DNA of 64,000 nt from a virus, in IMG/VR virus record IMGVR_UViG_3300047157_000073, positions 59,704 through 123,703 of that record; one strand, 5' to 3'. Numbering within the stretch: the first letter of the stretch is position 1; every line of letters begins with the position of its first letter. Of this stretch, positions 32,980 to 42,671 are shown in pieces. The notes beneath the pieces are model-generated. The model searched no databases, had not been told where the DNA came from, and saw nothing but the letters and a program-made list of their open reading frames with translations. Both the position numbers and the translations under genes were made by a program.

Positions 32980-33292
32980 TATATTATTATTACTACTAAG
33001 TTTTTCAGTATATGCAAATGATGTAAACTTAACAGTTATCACATCAGAGGGTGGTACTTTTGATGTACTACAAGATGGTGAAGATAATGACATTGATTTT
33101 GACATACAAAGTATGGATGGTTTTGTTATTAATCTAGACCAGATTGGTGATAATAATGCCATTGATATAGATGTTGATGGTAGGACTAGTAATGGTTCTT
33201 CAATGACTATTAACCAAAGTGGTAATAACAAAAGTTATTCAGGTAGTTTTTGGTGTGGTGGTGCATATTGTTCAATGACAGTTACTCAATGA
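32951..33292 (+). CDS. Second, short curlin-like secreted protein
   Basis: Signal peptide; QDGEDN, QIGDNN, QSGNN repeats. Confidence 0.72.
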   Translation: MQLQLIKFSSILLLLLSFSVYANDVNLTVITSEGGTFDVLQDGEDNDIDFDIQSMDGFVINLDQIGDNNAIDIDVDGRTSNGSSMTINQSGNNKSYSGSFWCGGAYCSMTVTQ

Positions 33293-35138
33293 AAAAATTT
33301 ATAACTCATTGGACATTCGCATTTGTAACTTTAGTCGTTCATTAACATTCTATAGGTTTACAAGAACCATATGTCAAAGAAATATTAAAGTTAAAATCAT
33401 TTGACATTCTCATACAACAAGAAGAAAAAGAATTATCAAAAGACATTGGTATAGTTACAATAGATGAAAAGTCTATTGAGAAGTATGGACAATGGCCATG
33501 GAAAAGAGATGTAATTGCAGAAGTCATATCTAATTTAAGACAATCAGGTGCTGGTGTAATATTATGATACCTATACTATTTTCAGAAGAAGATAGATTAG
33601 GTGGTGATGATATACTATCACAAACATTGATAGATAATGGAGTTGTAATTGCACAAGTTGGTACATCTCAAATCAATAAAAACTCTGTTCCAAGAGGAGT
33701 TGCAAAAATAGGAAATCCATTACCATATCTTTTTGAATGGGATGGTATGTTAGGCCCAATCCCAATGCTAGGTCAAAATGCAAATGGAGTTGGTGTAATT
33801 AATACTGCACCAGAAATAGATGGTGTTGTAAGAAGAATACCATTGATAATGAGAATAGGACAAGATACTTATCCTACAATGGCAGTAGAAGTCATTAGAG
33901 TTGCAACAGGTAATCCAAGTTATCAAGTCAAGGCAGGTGATGGCGGAGTTCAAGCAATAAGAGTACCAGGTTTTCCTATTATTAATACAGACCCAAATGC
34001 TAGAATCTGGTTGCATTGGAATAAAGACTTTTGAAACTATATCAGCTTCAGAAAATGACTTTTCAAAATTTAAGGTCGTACTGTAATTATAGGAATGACT
34101 GCTGAAGGTCTAGGTGGAATTATTGCAACACCAGTCGGTGAACAATATGATTATATGTTATCGGCATCTACATTACAAACTATGATAGATGGTAAACAAA
34201 TTAATCGTTATGATGTAAGTTCATTTCTAGAATTAGTTTTATCTTTTGTATTAGGTATTGTAGTTATACTGATTGCAAGATTCACACCTTATTGGTTTGT
34301 TGGTTTAAGTTTACTATCACTTTATGGAATAAGTGTCTATGGTTCTTATTATCTGTTTAACAACATTTAATATTATCAGATGTCAGTTGGATAATTATTG
34401 TAATTACCATAGTTGGTATGCATAGTATATTTAATAGATTTATTTTAGAGTTTAGATTAAAACAACAAATAAGAAAACAATTTGAAACATATCTAGACCC
34501 AAGACAAGTTGCATAGTTACAGAAAGACCCAAGTAAATTAAAACTAGGTGGTGATAGAAAAGAGATGAGTTTTCTGTTTATGGACATTGTAGGATTTACA
34601 CCAATATCAGAATACTATAAAAACAAAGATGACCCAGAGGGATTAGTTGAAGTTATCAATGACTATCTAAATCGTATGACTAAGATTGTTTTAGAGAATG
34701 GTGGAACAGTTGATAAGTACATGGGTGATTGTATTATGGCATTTTGGAATGCACCACTTGATTGTGAAGACCATGCAGAGATGGCTGTCAAGACTGCTAT
34801 AGAATGTGCAGATAGAAACAGAAAGACTAAAACAAGAATTCAAAGAAAGAGGACTACCAGATATCAATATAGGTTCTGGTGTCAATACAGGAACATGTAT
34901 AGTTGGTAATATGGGTAGTGATACTAGATTCGATTATTCAGTCATTGGAGATGCGGTAAACTTGGCCGCAAGATTAGAGGCAGCAACAAGAAATTACAAA
35001 GAAGAAAATGGTGGTATTGTATCTACCCTCTATTCTTCCTATACTATGGAAAAACTTAAAACTATCAAATCTGTAGAAGTTGATAAAATCAAAGTCAAAG
35101 GAAAAGAAGAATTAATCACTATCTACAAACCTAAATGA
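33289..35138 (+). CDS. CHASE2-domain class III adenylate cyclase (several indels, one in-frame TAG)
   Basis: IDEKS..KYGQWPW.R, DGVVRRIPL, TM helices, FMDIVGFT, DKYMGDCIMAFW, GNMGS..RFDYSVIGDAVNLAARLE, VKGK. Confidence 0.9.
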
Positions 35139-35169
35139 GAAATTCTCATATAAGGAAACTCATATACTC

Positions 35170-35188
35170 TATGAGAATGATTCTCATT
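35170..35188. promoter_or_regulatory. Fur-box-like palindrome
   Basis: TATGAGAATGATTCTCATT; a shortened copy lies at 35134-35150. Confidence 0.7.
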
Positions 35189-35218
35189 TGACCCCCTAAA
35201 ATAAGGCCAAATTAGGCC

Positions 35219-35247
35219 TTGACAATACTTGTTCCACCTGTCATAAT
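35219..35247 (+). promoter_or_regulatory. sigma70-like early promoter; family members near 35820, 40645, 45571, 48330, 57521, 59593, 60775, 63340
   Basis: TTGACA-17-CATAAT; several members share ACCTGT before the -10 box. Confidence 0.8.
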
Positions 35248-35781
35248 AGCTACATAATCATAGAAAGAGAGAGGAAATATGAGAGAAAAAAATCTAAATT
35301 TAAAACCAAGTGAAAATTTATATGTGACTACTTACGAAGACGGAGAAGTAGAATATATACCCTGTACACCAGATGAAATGAAAAAGAAGAAAAAAGATTA
35401 AGAAATCTTGGAGTGAAATTCACTACCGAAATAAGAAATGACTTAATAAAATATATAGATTACAAGAACAGAGGAATATAGAGAGAAAAATATGAGATAC
35501 ACAAGATTAACAGAAAAAGACAGAGAAATGATTGATTATGTCTTTTATAAGATAGTACAAAACCAGAATATGAAAATATAGAGTGTGGATACCCTTGGTA
35601 TGATATTTCAGTATTTTCATGGAATGACTTAAAAATTCAGATAGATTCTGATTTATTGATAAGAAACTATACTGAATATCAAATTTTCACCCTTTGGCCG
35701 TGATAATTGACTTATCATTGATTCAAGGATGGTGAATGAGAACATGTAGATGGCCAAATGAATAACGATTATTCAAGACTA

Positions 35782-35800
35782 AATGAGAATCATTCTCATT
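35782..35800. promoter_or_regulatory. Fur-box-like palindrome
   Basis: Perfect AATGAGAATCATTCTCATT, 19 bp upstream of TTGACA at 35820. Confidence 0.78.
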
Positions 35801-35880
35801 AACAACACCAAATTAACCCTTGACATATTCTGTATGGATATGTTAAGATGGTCATGTAAATTAAATAAAAGAGGTAAATT

Positions 35881-36129
35881 ATGAAAGAGAGTATGAGAAA
35901 AGAAATAATGAGTATGGATTTATCAGAGTTAAATAGTCTGATAGATTTTATTCGTGATGTACAAGTGATGAATGCAAAGTCATCATTACAAGAAGGTCAA
36001 CAAGTGTATGTAGTTCAAAAGACTAAAAGAGAGTTGGGTACACTTATCAAAATTAAACAAAAAAGATGTACAGTTGATATACAAGGTCGTAGATATTCTG
36101 TACCAATGTCAATGTTGGAGGTTGCTTAA
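35881..36129 (+). CDS. Small hypothetical protein with SH3/KOW-like C-terminus
   Basis: GQQVYV...GTLIKIKQKRCTV...YSVP..ML. Confidence 0.6.
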   Translation: MKESMRKEIMSMDLSELNSLIDFIRDVQVMNAKSSLQEGQQVYVVQKTKRELGTLIKIKQKRCTVDIQGRRYSVPMSMLEVA

Positions 36130-36131
36130 TT

Positions 36132-36347
36132 ATGGGTGCTGTAAAAGGAATGATAATGGATGATGCTGAAAATATTCTAAATGTTACTGCTGATAAACTA
36201 ATTGGTGGTGACATATCAGAAGATGATGCACTAGAAATTTTAGATAACAATTTAGACACATTAGGAATGTTAGGATTTGATAACAAGTATGATGCCTTGG
36301 CAGTTGTTTATCAAATGACTGACCAAATTTATAAAGAGAGGTATTAA
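36132..36347 (+). CDS. Hypothetical protein
   Basis: ORF in operon context. Confidence 0.55.
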   Translation: MGAVKGMIMDDAENILNVTADKLIGGDISEDDALEILDNNLDTLGMLGFDNKYDALAVVYQMTDQIYKERY

Positions 36348-36682
36348 TGAAAGGTAGTTCAGGTAAACCTAGACAAAATTTTCAAGTTCGAAATTTTGAA
36401 CAGAAAAGAAACTTTAAGAAAAAACAACCAGAAGAAAAAGTATCTGGGTTAGGTGTAAGAGTTCATGGTGATGATATAAGTAAAGCATTACGAATATTCA
36501 AAAAGAAAATTCTTAAAGCTGGAGTTCTTAACGAGGCAAACGAAAGACAATTTTACACTAAGAAAAGTGAAAAGAATAGATTGGCTAAGTCTGCAGGTAG
36601 ACAAAGATGGTTAAGGAAACTTAGAGAAACACCAGGGCCACACAATTATAAAAGAAACTATAGAAAAAAAACAGGAAGATAA
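36347..36682 (+). CDS. rpsU: Ribosomal protein bS21 homolog
   Basis: V.V..DDI.KALR.FKKK...G...E..ERQFY.K.SE. Confidence 0.85.
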   Translation: MKGSSGKPRQNFQVRNFEQKRNFKKKQPEEKVSGLGVRVHGDDISKALRIFKKKILKAGVLNEANERQFYTKKSEKNRLAKSAGRQRWLRKLRETPGPHNYKRNYRKKTGR

Positions 36683-36683
36683 A

Positions 36684-37004
36684 ATGACAGATGTAAAATT
36701 ATTACGCCTTACTACAGGCGAGGACATTGTAGCAGAAGTGACTAATCAACAATATTCAGATAATGATAAAACAGTCACTACAATAAAAAAACCTTTTGTA
36801 CTTATACCAATGCAACAAAATCAGAGTTCAGGTCAAGAGAGTAAATTATACTTTTCACCTTTCATACCATTTGCTGAGAATGAAGAATTTGATATTAAAG
36901 AAGAAAATATAATAACAGTCAATGAACCTAAGTCAGAAATTAGAGATAATTATTTACAATATATAGGTGCAGTTGTACCAGTCGAGAAAAAGATTATATC
37001 ATGA
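36684..37004 (+). CDS. Sm-like fold hypothetical protein
   Basis: KLLRLTTGEDIVA...P...F.PF.PF. Confidence 0.7.
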   Translation: MTDVKLLRLTTGEDIVAEVTNQQYSDNDKTVTTIKKPFVLIPMQQNQSSGQESKLYFSPFIPFAENEEFDIKEENIITVNEPKSEIRDNYLQYIGAVVPVEKKIIS

Positions 37005-37594
37005 CAGATAAAAAAGATGATAAAACAAATGTAGTAGTAGGCCCTTGGGGTGATGCACCAGTAGAAAATAATGGTGAGTGGGCAAAGAAAAAGTTAGATA
37101 AAGCTTTAGATAAAAATAATACTCACAAAAAATATCAAGAAAAACTTGATAGAGTAGAAATTATAACTGAAAAAATTATGGTACAATTAATTCATACGAT
37201 TAGTGAATATGGTTATGATATTACAGATGAAAGATTTAGTTTAGACATTGGATTTTTATCTGAAACAGTTAAAGGTACTATATCAAGACAAGAAAAATTA
37301 CCACATATCATACAAGGATTACTTGATAATATAATGGCACCATCACCTACTGAATCAGAAGATAACACAGATGTATATTATTCAAGATTTGATGCACCAT
37401 TATTATCAGAATTAGTTGGAATAGCAGAAGATATTAAAGATGATAATCAAACAGAGATATCATTTGAATCAGATTTAGAATTAGAAACTGACCCAGATGA
37501 AATATCAGATTGGGATAAGAATAAAGGTTCTTTACACAATTTGAGAACAGAAAAACTTCATGGTAAAGATGATGATGATGAAGATAAGGATTAA
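37001..37594 (+). CDS. Acidic hypothetical protein
   Basis: ORF; NVV.GPW motif. Confidence 0.6.
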   Translation: MTDKKDDKTNVVVGPWGDAPVENNGEWAKKKLDKALDKNNTHKKYQEKLDRVEIITEKIMVQLIHTISEYGYDITDERFSLDIGFLSETVKGTISRQEKLPHIIQGLLDNIMAPSPTESEDNTDVYYSRFDAPLLSELVGIAEDIKDDNQTEISFESDLELETDPDEISDWDKNKGSLHNLRTEKLHGKDDDDEDKD

Positions 37595-37680
37595 AAAGAA
37601 TTACAATAATGTAATAGCCGATATGACTATACGAGGCTCTAACTTAGTTATAAACAATAATAATCATAGGAGATTATAAT

Positions 37681-37998
37681 ATGGGTAGAAAGAAACTATC
37701 AAAAACACAAAGAGTAATTAATGCGTTCGAAAGAGGGGATGTAATTACATGGACACAATTAAGAACAACATTTGACTTAACTTCACCACAAGCAATGGTG
37801 GATAAATTAAGAAGTCAAGGTCACATGATATACATCAACAAAACTGCTGATGGTACATCATATCGTATGGGTGAACCAACACAAGCAATTATTAATGCTG
37901 GTGTAGGTGCAGTATTGATGAACGGCAGAGCAGATAAAACTATCGTGGCTGCTGGAATCAAAGCACTTTATGGTAATGGCGTAGGATACGCTTCTTAA
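37681..37998 (+). CDS. Winged HTH DNA-binding protein
   Basis: SKTQRVI...ITW.QL...F.L.SP.A.V..LR..G. Confidence 0.7.
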   Translation: MGRKKLSKTQRVINAFERGDVITWTQLRTTFDLTSPQAMVDKLRSQGHMIYINKTADGTSYRMGEPTQAIINAGVGAVLMNGRADKTIVAAGIKALYGNGVGYAS

Positions 37999-38013
37999 TT
38001 ATTTAAGAATTAG

Positions 38014-38039
38014 TGGGGTGACTTTCGGGTCACCCTTTC
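38014..38039 (+). terminator. Rho-independent terminator
   Basis: GGGTGAC-TTTCGG-GTCACCC-TTT. Confidence 0.8.
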
Positions 38040-38055
38040 TAAACAGGAATTTAAT

Positions 38056-39303
38056 ATGAATAATTACGAGGCATATGTATATAAAATAACAGTAAAAATT
38101 ATTGGAAAAATTTACATTGGTTATCATAAAGGTTTATTTAATGATTCATACTTTAATTCATCAGAAGATGAACAGATGAAAAAAGATTTATCAAAATATG
38201 ATTATGATATAGAATTAATAGCAACAGGTACAAAAGAAGATATGACATATTTAGAACATAAAATGTTAAAAGAGGTTGATGCAAAAAACAATCCTATGTA
38301 TTACAATAAAACAAATGGTGGTAGTAAATTTTTAAAAACAGACAATTTAGATTTACTCTATGAGGCAGTTGAAAGTGGAGAATATTTAAAAACTATTTCA
38401 TATAAAGAATTAAAAGAGAAAGAAAGATATCAAGTAAGAGAAAAAGAATTAGACCTTAGTCACGCCAGAGATTTAGGAGAAAAAATAGAAGAGCTTCGTG
38501 GTGATATGTCAGGTTGGACACCATTACTGATATTTGAAGGTATGGCTGATGATGGTGATGATACATTGGGAAATGGTAATCATACACTCTATGGTGCTGG
38601 TAGAGCATCTAAAAATTTTGATATATCAGATATTAAATGCCATGTGATACCTAAAAAAATATGGAGTAAATATGATGATTTAAGTCTAGAAACTTTTTGT
38701 GCCTCACAAAACCCAGCTGCATCTAAACCTAGTTTATCAATGCCAGATGATTATTATGTAAATTTATTAATTAGAAGAAAAGAAGAAAAAGATATTGATA
38801 TTCATTCTGATACTAACTATGATTTACTATGTGATAAATTTAATCTTACTAGAATAAAAGCAACAAATAGGATGAAAAAGGCCACAAGTAATTTCAAAGC
38901 TAAACAAATACTTCCACCAGGTCATATAATTATATCATATTCTAAAGAAAATAATTCAGAAGAATATAGAGAGTTGAAAGATGCAGTGCAACAAGGTCGC
39001 ACAGATTCAACATGGGCCACAAGTTTTTCATCAGGTCATTTTAAATGGCAAGATTTATTTCAAAGAGATTTTCTTAAATTAGACTTTGATAAAATAAAGT
39101 ATATTAAATTTTACATATATCATAATTCAGCTGAATATAAACAGAGATGGGATGACTTGTCTGGTGATAATCCTTATCAAACAAGTATTAGAAATGGATT
39201 AGATTTATTATTTAAAGATTTAGGTTCAGAAAAAGAAGTCCAATATGATATCGAAGTATTATCTTTTTCAAAACCTAATCCTATTTTGAGTAAAGCTTCA
39301 TGA
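38056..39303 (+). CDS. Protein with GIY-YIG-like N-terminus and ParB-like central domain
   Basis: YVYKIT...YIGYH...Y.NSS...E...YYN; central LGNGNHT. Confidence 0.6.
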   Translation: MNNYEAYVYKITVKIIGKIYIGYHKGLFNDSYFNSSEDEQMKKDLSKYDYDIELIATGTKEDMTYLEHKMLKEVDAKNNPMYYNKTNGGSKFLKTDNLDLLYEAVESGEYLKTISYKELKEKERYQVREKELDLSHARDLGEKIEELRGDMSGWTPLLIFEGMADDGDDTLGNGNHTLYGAGRASKNFDISDIKCHVIPKKIWSKYDDLSLETFCASQNPAASKPSLSMPDDYYVNLLIRRKEEKDIDIHSDTNYDLLCDKFNLTRIKATNRMKKATSNFKAKQILPPGHIIISYSKENNSEEYRELKDAVQQGRTDSTWATSFSSGHFKWQDLFQRDFLKLDFDKIKYIKFYIYHNSAEYKQRWDDLSGDNPYQTSIRNGLDLLFKDLGSEKEVQYDIEVLSFSKPNPILSKAS

Positions 39304-40140
39304 TATTAGTTGACATGAATCAAATCTCTTTAGCATCTTTAATGATGCACTTGCACATGAATAAAGGTGAGTTAGATGATGAAATGGTCAGACATATGAT
39401 ATTAAATTCTGTACGAATGTATAGAACAATGTTTAATGAAGACTATGGTGAAATAGTTCTTACTTACGATTCAAGAGCATATTGGCGTAGAGAAGTATTT
39501 CCACAATATAAACATAGTCGTAGAAAAAGTAGAGAAGCAGATAGTAAAGATTGGGATTCAATATTTGGAGTTCTGAATCAGATTAAAGATGAGATAAAAG
39601 AATTTCTACCCTACAAAGTTGTAGAAACTCATGGGGCAGAAGCAGATGATGTAATTGCAATATTATGTAAACATTATCAAAGTGAAAAAATCATGATTGT
39701 ATCAGGTGATAAAGACTTTATACAATTACAAAAGTATGACAATGTAAGACAATACAGTCCAATTACGAAAAAAACATGTAAATGGCATTGACGCGGTTGT
39801 CTATATAAAAGAACATATACTAAAAGGTGATAAATCAGATGGTGTTCCAAATGTATTATCACCAGACCATACTTTTACAGATGATTTAAGGCAAAGACCC
39901 TTGACATCTAAAAAGATGCAGAGTATATTGGCTCAAGACATTGATGATTTAAATGATGAAGTGAAAAGAAATTATCAAAGGAATGACAAACTAATTAATT
40001 TGGATAATATACCAGAGGAATTAGAAGGCGATATCTTAGATGATTTTAAGAGTGCTACTTGTGGTGACAGAAGTAAACTATTAAATTATTTTATAGATAA
40101 AAGACTGAAAAGTCTAACTGAACAAATTGGAGAATTTTAA
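39300..40140 (+). CDS. rnh: T4 RNase H / 5'-3' exonuclease (frameshift near 39775)
   Basis: ILVD, EADD, SGDKDFIQLQ, GDKSDGVPN. Confidence 0.93.
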
Positions 40141-40141
40141 A

Positions 40142-40639
40142 ATGGCAAATGGTAATTATACATTATTGTTTTCAGAAGTGCTTGATAAAGTACATAAAGC
40201 AAAAACAAAATCAGAAAAGGTAGCAATACTCATAGTGAATGATAACAGTTCATTAAGAATGTTATTGAAAGCATCTTTTGACCCTACTAAAGAATGGGTG
40301 ATACCAACAGGTGAAGTACCGTACAAAAAAAATGATGCACCTATGGGAACAGAACATACTGTTCTTCAAAGTGAAGCAAGAAAGTTATGGCACTTTATTA
40401 AAGGTGCAGACAATGATACAACCCAACATCAAAAAGAAAACATGTTTATTCAAATGTGTGAAGGTCTTCATGAAAGTGAAGCACAATTATTGTGTGATGC
40501 AAAAGATAAAAAATTACATCAAGTATATAAAGGTTTATCGAAAGATGTAGTAAGAGAGGCTTTTAAATGGGATGAAAATTTCATGCAAGTAGAAGCACCA
40601 AAATATCCACAAGCACCTGGCAGTGCATCTGGTGTATAA
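40142..40639 (+). CDS. Conserved T4-like hypothetical protein (DUF6433-like)
   Basis: P.GEVPY, E.MFIQ..EGLH..EA. Confidence 0.7.
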   Translation: MANGNYTLLFSEVLDKVHKAKTKSEKVAILIVNDNSSLRMLLKASFDPTKEWVIPTGEVPYKKNDAPMGTEHTVLQSEARKLWHFIKGADNDTTQHQKENMFIQMCEGLHESEAQLLCDAKDKKLHQVYKGLSKDVVREAFKWDENFMQVEAPKYPQAPGSASGV

Positions 40640-40679
40640 AGTTCTTGACAAGTCTTGTAAGACCTGTCATAATAGCTGG

Positions 40680-40762
40680 AAAGATGAGGATAGATTATAA
40701 GTTCCCGTTCATATCGACCCACTCTCTCTCGACCTCATCATAGGGTCGGTATGAACACCAGA
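40680..40762 (+). ncRNA. Candidate structured RNA or leader (14-bp stem, CU-rich loop, possible pseudoknot)
   Basis: 40707-40720 pairs with 40743-40756; loop CCTCATC complements GATGAGG 40683-40689; promoter at 40645-40673. Confidence 0.55.
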
Positions 40763-40773
40763 GGTTATGTATT

Positions 40774-41046
40774 ATGAGTAGAGCAATCAAAAAGATACCC
40801 TACAAATTTGTTCATGTATATTGGATTGATATCACATCAGATTCATCATGGCAAAGTATAGAAGATGTAAAAGAAAGTAAATTACCTAGATGTTTAAGTA
40901 CAGGTTTTTTAGTTAGTGAAGATGATGATGATATTGTTAGAATCGTTTCAGATTTTAATTTTAAAGAAGATGGCAGCATTGATGACTGTGGTAATTCTAC
41001 AATCATACCAAAATGTGTTGTTCAAGAAATTAAAGAAGTCAAATGA
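40774..41046 (+). CDS. Conserved phage hypothetical protein
   Basis: V.W.DI....W...C.STGFL...IP..VV. Confidence 0.7.
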   Translation: MSRAIKKIPYKFVHVYWIDITSDSSWQSIEDVKESKLPRCLSTGFLVSEDDDDIVRIVSDFNFKEDGSIDDCGNSTIIPKCVVQEIKEVK

Positions 41047-41160
41047 ATTTTTACATCCCAGAAATTATTGTATATATGATTGGTGTAATATCAATCATAA
41101 TAGTATTAATTGATTTATCAAAAATAGAAAAAAAGAGAGAGCAAGAAGAAAAGAATTATA

Positions 41161-41937
41161 GTGATGTTTGAACATGTAATCAGAAACCCTTTTGATATGA
41201 AGCCAGTTTTCAATCCTTGTGAAAACCCTAAGTTCAATGCAAATGAAACTGACCTAGAAATACAAAACCAAAAACTAATTGAGTTAAATAATCTAGGTGA
41301 CAACATTTGGTTTGAAACAGAGATTGCACAAAAAGAAAAACTAGTTGAAAAGACAGCCGCAAAATTAGGACTTTTTAATGAACATGATAATTATCAATTA
41401 TTTACTGAATGTGATGATGTAAAACAATTAGGTATGGTAATTGAAGATGATGTGGTTATTATGCATAATGGTAAATTAGAAGCATGTTTCGTAGCCTTTC
41501 CGTCATCATGGAATGCTGGTGAAAAGGTTGGTAAAAGTTTAGAAGAATTACATGAACCGATTGCAGATAATGAAGCATTACTTCGTGCATCAAATGGCAT
41601 AATGAGAGCCATGACAAGTGGACAATCTTATCATAGATATACTTGGGGTATATCATCATTAAATGGATACAGTAATCATCCATTATATGAGAAACCAGAG
41701 TTTGATTCATTAGATGATTTGACATTCAGAGTAGAACATGAAAGGACTGCGACAGTCACAGAGGGCACCACAGCAGTCTTCTTAATACATGTTGATACAT
41801 ATCCATTAAAAGAGGTATTAAAGACTGATTTTGGACTGATTAAGGGGGCTATTGACAGTATGACAGATAGTGTATTAGAGTATAAGAATCTATTTAAAGT
41901 AAAGGAGTTGATGAATGAATATCTTTTATCTACATGA
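41161..41937 (+). CDS. DUF3445 / heme-dependent oxidative N-demethylase alpha-like protein
   Basis: ED.VIM, FPSSW...EK.G..L.E.H.P, R..W, FRVE, VF.I. Confidence 0.75.
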   Translation: MMFEHVIRNPFDMKPVFNPCENPKFNANETDLEIQNQKLIELNNLGDNIWFETEIAQKEKLVEKTAAKLGLFNEHDNYQLFTECDDVKQLGMVIEDDVVIMHNGKLEACFVAFPSSWNAGEKVGKSLEELHEPIADNEALLRASNGIMRAMTSGQSYHRYTWGISSLNGYSNHPLYEKPEFDSLDDLTFRVEHERTATVTEGTTAVFLIHVDTYPLKEVLKTDFGLIKGAIDSMTDSVLEYKNLFKVKELMNEYLLST

Positions 41938-42454
41938 AGACCCAATACAGAATATCAAATGGCATGTTGATAAACATGTTGTAAAGATGGCAACAGAATA
42001 TGCACAATTACTATCTACTGCACACAGGTTTTTAGATGGTGAATTGTACGAAGACAGAACAAAAAATAATCATAGAATTAAAAGGTGGAAACTACCTGAT
42101 AATAGGGAAAGTATACTTTATAAAGCAAGTCATGTGAATCATCCTTGTAATGTGTGGGTGCGTGAAAGTAAATCAAATTATCGTTTGATGTACCAGATTT
42201 ACATGGCTTGTCTATCAGAGTATACATATAGATATGGAAAAATACATGGTGCATCGAAACCATCTATTAGTCTACTTAGGACACCAAACAATATTAAAGA
42301 CATTGGATTAACAGAGTTACCTCAAGCAATGCCTGATTATTGTAAGGTGGTAGGCAATCCAATTCAGGCATATAAAAATTATTATATAAATGAAAAGAAT
42401 GGATTTGCTAATTGGAAAAATAGAACGAGGCCAGAATGGTATGGAAATATTTAA
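41915..42454 (+). CDS. Pyrimidine-dimer glycosylase/DenV-like family protein
   Basis: MNIFYL, DKHVVKM..EYAQLLSTAH, NHP...W, EYT.RYGK.H, PQAMP. Confidence 0.75.
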   Translation: MNIFYLHEDPIQNIKWHVDKHVVKMATEYAQLLSTAHRFLDGELYEDRTKNNHRIKRWKLPDNRESILYKASHVNHPCNVWVRESKSNYRLMYQIYMACLSEYTYRYGKIHGASKPSISLLRTPNNIKDIGLTELPQAMPDYCKVVGNPIQAYKNYYINEKNGFANWKNRTRPEWYGNI

Positions 42455-42671
42455 TAGTAAAGACTTAGCAGAAGATGTTGAGTTTTTAAAAATGACAATT
42501 AAAAATTTAGAAAAAACAGTTAGTGACTTAGAAAAGAAAATTGTATCACTAGAATATTCATGTGACACAAACAGTAATGAAATAGAAGCAGTAAATGCTG
42601 CCATAGATGATTTAGAACCAGATATATCAGAAGTAGAGTATCCAAAGTATAATGCCAACATATACATTTGA
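42441..42671 (+). CDS. Coiled-coil hypothetical protein
   Basis: ORF in operon context. Confidence 0.5.
   Translation: MEIFNSKDLAEDVEFLKMTIKNLEKTVSDLEKKIVSLEYSCDTNSNEIEAVNAAIDDLEPDISEVEYPKYNANIYI

Noticed and set aside
34511-34520. In-frame TAG in the cyclase as evidence of stop-codon reassignment
   Set aside because: Isolated case; long genes lack internal TAG/TGA and TAG terminates cmoA and gp4 normally.
35134-35800. Palindromic repeats as a CRISPR array or IS ends
   Set aside because: No regular spacers, cas genes or transposase; copies are dispersed and promoter-linked.
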